DNA of 64,000 nucleotides from Gracilinanus agilis. Taxonomy: Eukaryota. Below the pieces are notes generated by a model. That model made no database searches. It was not told where the DNA came from and saw only the letters and a program-made list of their open reading frames with translations. A program made the translations under genes and the position numbers. The stretch is from positions 197,135,157-197,199,156 of the forward strand of contig NC_058133.1 of the NCBI RefSeq assembly GCF_016433145.1. The letters run 5' to 3'. Below, piece by piece: positions 48,463-59,460 of the stretch; position 1 is the stretch's first letter, and each line of letters opens with the position of its first letter.

Positions 48463-48561
48463 CTTAGGCCATAGAGGTCCAAAATCAACCATGTCAATGC
48501 CAGTTCCTTCATTCTCTTGTTCTTAGGATCCTCAGATGAAAAGGAGTCTTTAAATGGGGAA
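48463..48561 (-). CDS. GIP: GIP exon 5 (C-terminal propeptide)
   Basis: tttgcAG...AG/GTagg; 99 nt, phase 2-2, open: (S)SPFKDSFSSEDPKNKRMKELALTWLILDLYGL(R); similar to human SPAKNPSDED...ELLACLL...LCRLR. Confidence 0.88.
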
Positions 48562-48779
48562 CTGCAAAGGAGATAACCAGGAAAGTGTTCCTTCCTTCCC
48601 TCTCTCCCTTCCCCTCTCCCTTCCTTTCTTCCCTAGATATTTATTGGAAGCTTGCTATTTCTGTGAGAGACAAGAGACTGTTTCATCTTTGACTTTGTAC
48701 TTAGTCAGGTGCTAAAAAAATACTTATAGATTGATTGATTGCCATCTGTCCCCAAGAAGTTTACGGAGAGATAAGACAA

Positions 48780-50960
48780 GTACTACATGTGTGACCTTAA
48801 TTGAATCTTTGAGCCTCAGTCCTTTATCAGATCAACTTTCATTATCATTCCCTCTTTCCTTATTCTTTACAACCCATTGATTTGATTTGTTTATGCTTTA
48901 TCCTCACCATGATCTCCATTCCCTTCACTTCTCAGTTCTTTCCCAGACAGTCATGACCCCCTGCAATGACTACTTTATTCTTCTTTCTATAGCTCAAATA
49001 CTTGGTGAATCAACTCTATGCTGTTCTCCACTTTTGAAACCCTTGCACCTTTATCCTGTTCCTGATCATGATCATGCCTTGTCTTGGATTACTCCCACCA
49101 TCTACCAGTCACTTACTGGGCCCACTACAAATGTTTGTTAGCTAATTTTAGCTGGGCCCTCACTGCTACAAGACAAATATTCTATTGCTCCCTGATTAAT
49201 TCACTATTCTACTCTCCACAGCAGCTATTCATAACTTTCTTATGAACTTCTCCTCAGTACTTTTATAGCATCCCTCATCCCACCCTCTTAGCTGAGGACC
49301 TCACTTAATTCTTCACTAAAAAAATTAAAACCTTTTACAAAGAGTTCCCCCGTCTCTTTTCCTTCTCTTTTCATATTACTCATACAATTCCTCTACTACC
49401 TCCTCCTTTACTCTGTTTTCAGATGAAAAGAGAAGTCTTTCTCTTGCTAAGGCAAATCCCTCTACTTGTGCCCTTGATTTCAAATCCTTCTCTAGCAAAT
49501 CACCCTACCATCTCCACACTGTATTATTTTCAGCTATTAGTACCTCTCCTCTCAACTCCTACAATCTGGCTTCTTTCTCCATCATTCAACTGAAATTGTA
49601 CTTTCCAAAGTTACTAGTAATCTCCTTTTTTGCCAGACATAATGGGCTTTTCTCAATCTTTACCCTTCTTGTAGCATTTGGAACTATTGGCCACCCCTGT
49701 CTCCTGGATAGACTCCTTTTTGTTTTCATGAATGTCTTTCTTCTTATTTTCCTATCCTTTTGGCTGATCCTTTTTAGTCTTCTTTTCATTTGTCATCCAT
49801 GTCATGCCCACTAACTGTGGATGTTCCCCAAGGCTCTGTCCTGGGCCCTCTTTTCTTTTTGCTCTATGCTCTCAATTCATGATATCATCAGCTTCCATTT
49901 CAATGGTTTCCATGATTTCCAGATTTGTATAGCTAGCCCTAATTGCTCTGCTGAGCTATAGTCACAAATCTCCAACTACCTCCTAAATGTTTCAAACTGA
50001 ATATTTTATATGCTCAAACTCCACATCCTAAACAGAACTTATCTTCACCACCTTCCATCCACCTCCTCAGAAACCTATAAACTAGACAACTGTCAGGTAG
50101 ACCTAGTGACAGGAGGCTTGTAACTTGAGTTTCATCCTAACTCCTTACTCTTACCTGACATATCTAATCTATAGCCAAATCTTATCATTTCTACCTTCCT
50201 GATGTGACATCACTTACATATATCTGCATATCTTTATCTACATCTTTTTCCCCCTTTCCATTCATGGAACCATAATCCTAGTTCAGCCTAACATTACCTC
50301 CTATCTAACAGTAGCTTTCTAACTGATTCCCCTTTCTTCAAGTCTCTCCTCTATCCTAACCATCCTCTACTAAGCTGCCAAAGTTATTTTCATTTTTTAA
50401 AATGTGGATATGACCATATTGCTCTCCTGCTCATTGAGTTCTGGGTGGCTGCCTGGTACCTTTATAATCAAATATGAAGTCCTGTTTCACATCTAAAGCT
50501 CTTCTTAATCTGGCCACTTCGTATATCTTTAATTTTTTATAACTTTCTTCCCTTCTATACACTGAGATCCAACTACAGACTCTTAATTTGCATTTCCTCC
50601 TTCTGGCAGACACTTCTCTTCCACTTTTCATGACTTTATTCTGACTACTGGCTATCCCTTATGATTGAAATGCTCTGTTCCCTCACCTCTGCATCTTAGA
50701 TTCCACTGCTTCCTCCAGATTTAGCTCAAATTCCATTTTCTGCAAGAGACCTTTTTCCAGGGTTGACTCACAAACCCTACCCCCTCACCTCAGCTATGAA
50801 TGTTTTTCTCTTTCAGATTACTTCCTCTACTTTTTATCTATCTTATAGATACCTAGTCTCCACCATTAGATTTAGGATCTTTGAAGGGAAGGACTGTTCT
50901 GTTTTTGGTTTTTTGCCTTTCTTTATATTTCTAGCACAAGGTACAATGCCTGGTACATAG
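48780..50960 (+). mobile_element. ~2.2 kb L2 remnant in GIP intron 4
   Basis: RT motifs HNGLFSIFTLLVAFGTIGH (cf. SNGLFSVLILLDLSAAFDTVDH) and ccaaggctctgtcctgggccctct (QGSVLGPL); L2 3' end at ~50950. Confidence 0.85.
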
Positions 50961-51820
50961 TGCTTATTGGCTGTGTTCTGATTCCCCTATCAAACTAGAA
51001 ACTCCCTGAGGACAGAGATTGTTTCTCCTCATTAGCCTGAGAGTTCTTAGTTGGCTAGGGCTGTATCTTGTCCTTCTTTTGTGTCTCTTTCCAGTGCCCA
51101 GCATCAAGTTATACCTATTATAAAAGTTCAAACCAAAGGAAAGGCAGACAAATAATGTTTACTGATTGACTAACAGACTGTAAAACAAGCAATTCAACTA
51201 AATGATTGTGGAAATCCCTTCTAGCTCTAAATCTATGATTCTATAAATTCTAAAGTTCTTCTGAACTCTAAATTAAATTAATGCTATAAGACTTCTTAGA
51301 TGAGTTCCTTCATTCTTGGGAGCTCTGACTCATAATTCTTTCCCAGACATCATTACTTCATTGTAGGATCTTAGACCTGTAGGCCAACACTCTTATTTTA
51401 TAGATGAATAAATTGAGACCTGAAGAAGTTGTAGCTTGTTGAAGATCCTTAAGGTAATAAGTGGCAGGGCTAGGATTCAGACCTTAAACATATGACTCTG
51501 AATCTAACTACACTGCCTGCTTGGCCCGACTTTTGGAGGTCTCTTAAATGAAAGGCTTTTTGAGCAAGAATAAGTTGATTTCCAATTCAGAAACAAGTCA
51601 GTCAACAAACATTTATTATTTGCTATGTGCCAGGAATTGTGCTTTGTGCTGAAGTTGCAAAAAGAGGTAAAAACTGTTCCTGATGTCAAGTAACTATATT
51701 AGCCTACAGATAAGGAATTGCTGAGGATGGGAATTAGTCATAATGACACTCTCTTCTCCCAGTCACATGCAGGAATCTCTCATCTTTTGTTCTTTCTTTT
51801 CTATAAGAGATTGACCTCAC

Positions 51821-51910
51821 CTCCAGTTTTCCATGTTCTTTAGGTTCCAGTTGGAATGATTTGTTAGTCCTGTACCATCTGCTTTTCTCTCAGTGATGTT
51901 GTGTCTCCAA
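51821..51910 (-). CDS. GIP: GIP exon 4 (end of mature GIP and start of C-peptide)
   Basis: ttcccAG...AG/GTgag; 90 nt; (S)WRHNITERKADGTGLTNHSNWNLKNMENW. Confidence 0.95.
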
Positions 51911-52109
51911 CTGGGAAGACAAAGATCAGAGACTAGGTGAAACTGAGTTGGATAGTTTGGAAAGGAGCAGATGACTAAAGAGGTCCCTTCAGTCTAGTGG
52001 CTTTCAAGGCCAACATATATATCAAATGATATCTTCTCTGGGGCAAGGAGGGGAGGGAGGAAAAGAGGTAGGGAGATACCTGGGAACTTTAATATGACAA
52101 ACAAATACA

Positions 52110-52112
<3 letters not shown>

Positions 52113-52140
<28 letters not shown>

Positions 52141-52336
52141 TATAAACCCTTACCTTCCATCTTGGAGTCAATACTGTCTATTGGCTCCAAGACAGAAGAG
52201 TGGTAAGGGTAGGCAAATGGGGGTCAAGTGACTTGCCCAGAGTCACACAGCTAGGAAGTACCTAAGGCCAGATTTGAACCCAGGATCTCCCATCTGTAGG
52301 CCTGGCTCTCAATCCACTGAGCTACCCAGTTGCCCC
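52113..52336 (-). mobile_element. SINE with (AAT)n tail in GIP intron 3
   Basis: SINE consensus; 15-bp TSD caaacaaatacattt (52098-52112 and 52337-52351). Confidence 0.93.
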
Positions 52337-52610
52337 CAAACAAATACATTTTTAAAAATTATTATCACTAAGGATATGTTCAGGGCCCTCAGAGAGAACA
52401 TCCTTTATTACACTGAAACCAGTCTTGAAGAATGGGTAAGGAGAATCCTGAGAATAGTTGTTGATTTTTATTTTCTTCCCAAACTTTATTGCCTTTATAC
52501 ATTTTTTAGAGTGCTGTACCTCATATTGCCTCAACCTCTCTCTCCTTCCTGCCATATATCTGTCAATTTCTGAAGATCCAATATGTGCTTCCTTTAAAAG
52601 TGGTGACATA

Positions 52611-52815
52611 GGGGCAACTAGGAGGTTCATCGGATAGAGAATCAGGCTGAGAGAGAGGAGGGGCTAGGTTCAACTCTGGCTTTAGACAATTCCTAGATGT
52701 GTAACTCTGGGCAAGTCACTTAACCCCAGTTGCCTAATAGTTAAGGGATCTTCTGCCTTGGAACAGATGTTAAGTACTGATTCTAAGATAGAAGGTAAAA
52801 GTTAAAAAAAACAAA
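52611..52815 (+). mobile_element. Marsupial SINE in GIP intron 3
   Basis: SINE consensus with A-rich tail. Confidence 0.85.
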
Positions 52816-53335
52816 CAACAACTGTGTGTGACAAACTCAGGATTGAAAAATCAACACTGGTAAAAATCAGAGTTTTTCACTTAATCAGAGATGCAACTAA
52901 AGTAGTGTGAATAGGGCTTTTTCCCAGGGTGCCCTTAGAGGATCACTGACAATACTGAGTTCTTTAGGGCTAGACCAATCTAACCTGACCCAAAGGAATG
53001 GAGATAGCAAGATCAGAAGCTGAAAGGTAAAGGAGAAAGATAACTTTAGGGGGAAATTATTGGGATAGTAGGAGAGAGGGAATGGGCTGGCAAAATATTT
53101 GGAGGAAAGGGAGAGAACTGAGCCTGGAAAGAAAGGGAATAATTTAGAATAAAAAACATTTAGTATTAAACAATTGCAAAATAAATCAGCAAACTAATGA
53201 AAGAAAAAAAAAAGACTGGGGAATACTGAGAGAAGAAATGGGAGATGATAGAGAAGGAGGAGGGGCCTAGGGAGACATTGAGAGGTAGGAATAAGGGCTC
53301 AGAGGACCCTGGGAGAGAAGTGAGAAATAATTCAC

Positions 53336-53482
53336 CTATTCTTCTTCCCCTTCTGGGACAACAGCCAGTTAACAAAGTCCTGTTGCATGATCTTATCCAT
53401 GGTGATGCTGTAGTCACTAATGAAGGTCCCCTCAGCATAACGCTGCCCTCGAGTCCAAGGGCCACCAACTTTGGGGTGAGAT
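53336..53482 (-). CDS. GIP: GIP exon 3 (mature hormone starts at TAT 53439-53437)
   Basis: tttctAG...AG/GTgaa; 147 nt; SHPKVGGPWTRGQR-YAEGTFISDYSITMDKIMQQDFVNWLLSQKGKKN; unmistakable GIP; not in the ORF track. Confidence 0.98.
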
Positions 53483-53489
53483 CTAGAAA

Positions 53490-53700
53490 TGGAGAAGAAG
53501 GAGAGAAAAAAAGGACCATTCAGTTAAGGATAGAGGTAAGGAAGGATGGAAAAATGAATAGAGGAACAGAGAGAGAGAAAGAGAAAAAATAGAGGAAGGG
53601 AGAGAGGAAAAAGGAATGAGATAGGGGAAAGGGGAGAGGGAATAGAGGAAGAGAGAAGGAGAAAGGGCAGGGGGAAGTATAGAAGGAAGGAAATGGAGGT
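53490..53700 (+). repeat. Polypurine tract (polypyrimidine on the GIP sense strand) upstream of exon 3
   Basis: Almost all G/A. Confidence 0.85.
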
Positions 53701-54764
53701 CAATAGCAATCAGCAGAGAAAATATTTATAGCAACCCATGAAGATCCATTAAAACAAGCTGAGTTCATTTTACTATATCTATATATATATATGCCTGAAC
53801 ATATAATAAATATAGTGATAATGTATATAAAACCATGAATATTTTATTTATCTAAATGTATAGTTATAAAATAAAGTTATTCTATCTGCTTTGGTACATT
53901 TGCAATAAGAAGTTTTAATATTAAAATGTTGAAAATGAAAAAAAGAAATATAGTGGAAAAAAAGATGGAGCTTCATTCTCAACTCAGGACTTCTCTTAAT
54001 ATATGGCTTTGGTTACAATGGGAACTGAGATATAGGCAGGAGACAGTAGAGGTAAGTGTGACCTGTCATATAGGCTCCCCTTCCCCTCATATTCATTCAC
54101 TTACATGGCTCCCTCTTGTTTCAATTGGGGGCTATAAGGAGTTGCTGTGTAATCTTAGAAGAATGTCTTTCAGCAAGGAGTCAGAGTATATAACTGGCTC
54201 CAATGGAATTTTCCCAGTTTATTATGTCAGGGTTCTCCTGATCACTCCTGCCTTATTTCTATTCTCTCTCTTGGCCTGCTCAGATCCTTGATGCACCATC
54301 AAGACACAGCCTCTATAAAACCCCTGTAAAGATCATATAGTCTATCTCCTTGTATCTAGGAAGGCAACTCACTACCCTAACTCATTCAAGAAGTGGAAAA
54401 TAGATGCTAACAAAAATTCTCCAAAAAGCAATATTCCAAAATAAGAAAAACTTTTTAAAAAGAAGGGATATTCCAGTTTTGCTCAGTCATGTGACTACCA
54501 GACAGTCCTTCCAAATGTTTATTCTCAATCTCCCCAACTGCAATCTAAACCCCACTCACTCTGGCTGTGTCCTTGGATCAAGCAGAATAGTACAATTCCC
54601 ATTCTTTAGGGACCTTTGCTAGACTGCTTCCTTGGACTTCCTTATCTATATAGGGTCACTATGTCCTCACTCCCTAAGTCATACAGGGGCCTTTTGAGAA
54701 ATATCAAGTTAGAATAGTTCCTCCAGGCTTTCTCTCTACCCTGTCAAGCAAAAGAGACCTTTAC

Positions 54765-54853
54765 CTGAGGTGAGCCTCCTCCAAATCACTCTTCACCATT
54801 GCCAAGAGCAGAGGCAATAGCATCAAGGAGAGAGTCTTGATGACTTTTACCAT
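54765..54853 (-). CDS. GIP: GIP exon 2, coding part (signal peptide); exon acceptor at 54870
   Basis: ctcctcAG/gaaacagggctgggaagATGG; MVKVIKTLSLMLLPLLLAMVKSDLEEAHL(R); AG/GTaaag donor. Total CDS 435 nt = 144 aa + stop. Confidence 0.93.
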
Positions 54854-55626
54854 CTTCCCAGCCCTGTTTCCTGAGGAGAGAAGAGAGATTTTGTTTAAAA
54901 CTTGTTCCTAGTCTCCTCAGTTTGCATAGGGTTTGAGGATCAAAAAATGATATCACTAGTGATGTCTTTTGATTGGCACATAAATTAGATTAGTGATGCA
55001 GAGTTGCACAGTTATTGGCCTCACTCTCTCTTCCAGAGTTGTCAAAGTCCAATGGCAAGACAAACTTCAAGAAGTCTGGTGATGCTGGGGATGTAGTGGA
55101 TAATCTTGCCTTCTTCCATGTTTAGCTATGTTCTAAGTGCTCCACAGAGCTATGACCTTATGGGGTGAGGGAATGAAGAACTGCAGAACCTGGGCTAAGA
55201 CCTGGAGTTTGGGAGATTTTCTTTCTGGATCTATGATTTTATAGTTGTAGGGACCTGGAGGTATAGGTGAGGAAGTTACCAATGCAGATCGGCAACTAAC
55301 TATTCTGTTAATTTTCAACTTAGAGTCTTGTCTGGATCACTGAAAGTTTATGTGACTTGTTTAGGGTCTCACAGCCAGTATGTGTCAGAGGCCAGAGGTC
55401 AAGAGACCCCAGATCAAGATTACCTTCTGTCCTCTAAAGACTGCCATTTTTAGTGCTAAGAGATAGTCTTATTTCCTATCTAGAGCTAGAGGTAGAGATA
55501 GTTTTAGGATTTTAGACATCCCCCAATTAATAAATTCTATCTTGTTCTATCTTATCCTTTCCAGAGCCTCAGAGCTCAGCACCCACTCTCTTTGGTCTTT
55601 CCTAAATTAAGAAGGATTCCTCTTAC

Positions 55627-55662
55627 CTCCAGGTTTTTCAGAGTCTGCTTCTGGTTGAAGTT
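55627..55662 (-). other. GIP: GIP non-coding exon 1 (TSS approximate)
   Basis: Strong donor GAG/GTAAGA at 55627/55626, ~60 nt downstream of a TATA box; vertebrate GIP has a non-coding first exon. Confidence 0.7.
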
Positions 55663-55679
55663 GGTAGCTACTGAGGTCC

Positions 55680-55860
55680 AGTCCTTTTATATTCCCTAAA
55701 TATAAGAGCTGATTAGATTAAAAGCATCTTATCAGAAGTCATACCCATTGTTTACACTATCCACAAGCCATTTAACACTTAGCAAACCTTCCCTTTCCAC
55801 CTGAATTGTCCAAACTGGTCATTAACATTTGAGTTAATCTTGAACTGGACTGACTTTGAT
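55680..55860 (-). promoter_or_regulatory. GIP: GIP proximal promoter
   Basis: TATAAAA 55691-55685, TAATCTAATC homeobox-type sites 55711-55720, TGATAA GATA site 55734-55729, forkhead TGTTTAC 55749-55755, HNF1-like GTTAATCTTGAAC 55833-55845. Confidence 0.75.
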
Positions 55861-56059
55861 CCTCTCCCCGGATTAAAGTGGCTCATTTGAAAATGCTTTA
55901 TTGAATGCATAAAGTGAGAGAAGGGAAAGACCTAGGATACGGAAAGGGGGTAAGTTGGGAGAGAAGTGAGAAAGGCCTCCTCTTGTGCAGTGGAGGATAA
56001 TTTCAGGAATATGGGGGAAAAGAAACTGTTCTTAACTTGTTGAGAGAAGAGTACAGTAG

Positions 56060-57890
56060 CAATTGAAGCCTCAAACTGGTTACACTTTCTTCAGTCTTTA
56101 TCCTCTCCAATTCATCCCTCATACAGCTGCTGAAACAACTTTCCTAATATATAGGTCTAATAGTGGCACTGTTTCCTGTAGGATAAAATCTAAATTTATT
56201 TTTCTGGCATTTAAGTTCCTCCACAATCTGGCTTCAATTTATCTTTATTTACTGTCATTTACACACTCTGTATTTCAACCAATATGAGCCACTAGCCTTT
56301 CCTCAACCTAGTCCTACCTTCTGGCCTATTCATTTGTGCATACATTTTTATTTCCTGCAATGCATTTTCATTCTCATGTCCTCCTGTTAAAATATTTTTT
56401 CTGCTTTCAACTCCTTCCAGTCTTATTTCATATCAATACTCTAACAATTCTCTCTTTTAGTCAAGCTAGCTGTTTTATGAAGAGAACATCCTATCTCCCA
56501 CCCCATGCCTATGTACAAGTGGTTCTCCATGTCTGAGATGCATTCCTTCCTCATCTCTACCTCACAGAATTTCTAGCTTCCCAAGAGCACAATGCAAGTG
56601 CCATTCCCTTAGACAAGAGGCACTTCCTGATATTCTTTAGTTGTTAGCACTCTTTCTTTCTTTGTGCATGTTTAGTGGTGAACCACTCTTTGTGACCCCA
56701 TTTGGGGTTTTCTTGGCAAATATACTAGAGTGATTTGCCTTCTCCTTCTCCAGCTCATTTGACAAATGCAGAACTCGGGCAAATAGGGTAAAGTGACTTG
56801 TCTAGGGCCAGTCAAGTAGTCAGTGTCTGAGGCCAAATGTGAACTCAGAAAGATGAATCTTCCTGACTCTAGGCCCAGTACTATAGCCATTAAGACAACT
56901 AGCTACCCAGTTGCTTCATCTGGCCCCTCCCTCACCTGTGCATTTTTGTTGTTATTCAGTAGTTTTCAGTTGTATCTGAACCTTCATTACCCCATTTGGG
57001 GTTTTCTTGGTCAAATCATTAGAGTGGATTGCCATTTCCTTCTCTAGCTAATTTTACAGATGAAGAAATTGAGGCAAACAAGGTTAAGTGACTTGCCTAG
57101 GATCATACAGCTAATGACCAAGGACATTTTTTGCATGCCCCACTCCCATTGTCCAGCCACCCAAAGCAAGCATTTTCTCCCTCAACTTTCTCTGGTAATT
57201 AATCCGGGGGGCTCACAGACTGCTAGAGTTTGCCCTCTGGGCACTCGAATTTGTTAAAGGTTCACCAATACTGGTCTGAAGTAAGATTTAAATTCAGGTC
57301 TTCTGACTCCAGGCACGACACTCACTCTCTCCACTGCACCACCAGCTGCACGTACTTGGGCGTACTTTGTGCTTAATAATCAGGCAGCTAGGTGGTGCTA
57401 GGTGGATAGATTGCCTTACCTTGAATAGGACAACCTCAGTTCATAGCCGCCCTCAAGACACTTACTAGCTATATGACTCTAGGCAAGCCACTTATCCTCC
57501 CAGTTTCCTTATCTGTAAATAGGGATCATAATAGTACCTATATCCCAGGGCTTGTTTTCAGGATCAAATGAGATAATGTGTGTAAAGCACTTCACACAAT
57601 GCCACAGAGAACAAGATGAAAAGAATTACTAGGATAAAAGAAAATGTATAGTTGGAGTGACTGACCATAGAGTCAAAATGACAAAGAAAGGAAAGTGAGG
57701 CTGGTGTAGGGATAAATCATTAGGAAAGCCGGGAGGGAAGAGTGACTGACTAGAAGTCATAAATAGGATAGAGAATGAGTTTTGAAGGGATGAGGCCCAG
57801 GAGGAGATGGAAATTGTTATCAGAGAGAGGAATTTCAGAGTTCAGGATCATGGAGGTAGAACGCTTATGGGTAATGGTCAGAGTAAGGAA
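56060..57890. mobile_element. L2 and MIR cluster upstream of the GIP promoter
   Basis: L2 3' motifs 56060-56660, inverted MIRs 56650-57110, MIR 57370-57600, reverse L2 57600-57890. Confidence 0.7.
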
Positions 57891-57900
57891 TACTTTATAG

Positions 57901-58106
57901 CAGGGGCGGCAACATATGGCTCTCGAACCATATCTGGCTCTTTTGAGGGCCAGATATGGCTCTTTCTGCAGGAGCCATAAAGTCAGTTTTTTTTCAGGCA
58001 CTGTTACAGGAGCGCGCACTGTGAGCACTGTACAGCTCTCATGAAATTACATTTTAAAAAATGTGGCATTTATGGATCTCACGGCCAAAAAGGTTGCCGA
58101 CCCCTG
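57901..58106 (+). mobile_element. hAT MITE, family B, long copy (hAT1-like TIR)
   Basis: TIRs cagggg(t)cggcaac / gttgccgacccctg; perfect 8-bp TSD ctttatag. Confidence 0.93.
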
Positions 58107-59290
58107 CTTTATAGGATAGCCCTCAGGTTATGTGGTTGAGGTGGCATGAAGTTATAGGTCATGAATTCGACAGACTAACTGAGACAAATAGGAGGGTTTA
58201 TGACTCGAGTCCCTTGGCACAAAGCCTACTTATTCAAGCAGCCCTCCCCTAGAAAAGTCTCAACCTAAATACAAAAGCAATGAAGAGGCAGTGGAGGTGT
58301 CCTGAAAGAGTTCTTGGGAAAATAACTTCTTGTCTCCAAGAGAGAGAACTAAATAATCCAAGAGATGTCAGTAGCAGGAGGCAGTGGTGTAGCATGGGAG
58401 TACTCCTGAACCAAGACACTTGGAGAGAGGAAGAGTTCCTGGATATCATTTAATCCCTGGACCAAGCTTCTAGGAAAAAAAGAGGAAGAATTCTAGAACT
58501 AAGTAGGAGATGGGGGCTCCTGAAGAGTAACAAGGGATAAAGCCACAATGTAAAGAATCAAGCCCAAATCTTGCTCTCTGTTACCAATGAATGAACTGTG
58601 CTGGTCTGAGAAAGAGAGCTCTTTCTAGCAGTGCTTTTCCTGAATAGAGCATCTAAATCAGAGGGATGTGCTAGAAATACAGAGATCCCTGAAAACGGTG
58701 AAGGGGAGAAAGTAAAGCTGAACAACTTTCCATTTACTGGGCAGCAAGATGGCTGAGTGGACAGAGCTTCTGGGTTAGAATTTGACCTCAGGTATTTCCT
58801 AGCTGGGTGACCCTGGGCAAGTCACTTAACCCTCATTGCCTAGCTCTTACCACTCTTTTGCCTTGGAACTGATACTGACTATTGACTTGAATATAGAAGG
58901 TAAGGGTTTTTTTGTTTGTTTGTTTTTGTTTTTGCCTTTCTATTTAGTATAAGATCTTCCCCTTTTCTTCAGCGGATCTTCAACCACAGAACAGGAGAAG
59001 CATGGAGGAACCTGAGGAGGTAGAGTACACTAGGTCAGGGGATAAGCATTGTTTTGGAGAATGGGCAAAAGTCTTTTCTTTGTGTTTTAAATTTTCTTTC
59101 TGATGAAATAGTCTATCTTATTTCCCATATATTTTGTTAGCTTGAATGTTTGCATAGGAACTAATAGCCTTTGGGGAAAAAAAACAAACCATATTTTTCT
59201 GTAGTCCGTCCTGGGTTCAAACTATAATGGGATAATTTCCAGGGAAGATTCAAGGTATGGGTATGATCCAAATAAAGCAACTTTAAGAGG

Positions 59291-59460
59291 GCAGCAAGGT
59301 GGCTCAGTGGATTGAGAACCAGACCTAGAGATGGGAGGTCCTAGTTTCAAATCTGACCTCAGATACTTCCTATCTGTGTGACTCTGAACAAATCACTTAA
59401 GCCCCATTGCCTAGCCCTTACCACTCTTCTGCCAAGACAGAAGGTAAGGATTTTTAAAAA
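59291..59460 (+). mobile_element. SINE with internal deletion
   Basis: 17-bp TSD aaagcaactttaagagg (59274-59290 and 59461-59477). Confidence 0.92.

Noticed and set aside
53245-53592. Plus-strand ORF overlapping GIP exon 3
   Set aside because: Antisense shadow of the GIP exon plus a purine-rich intron.
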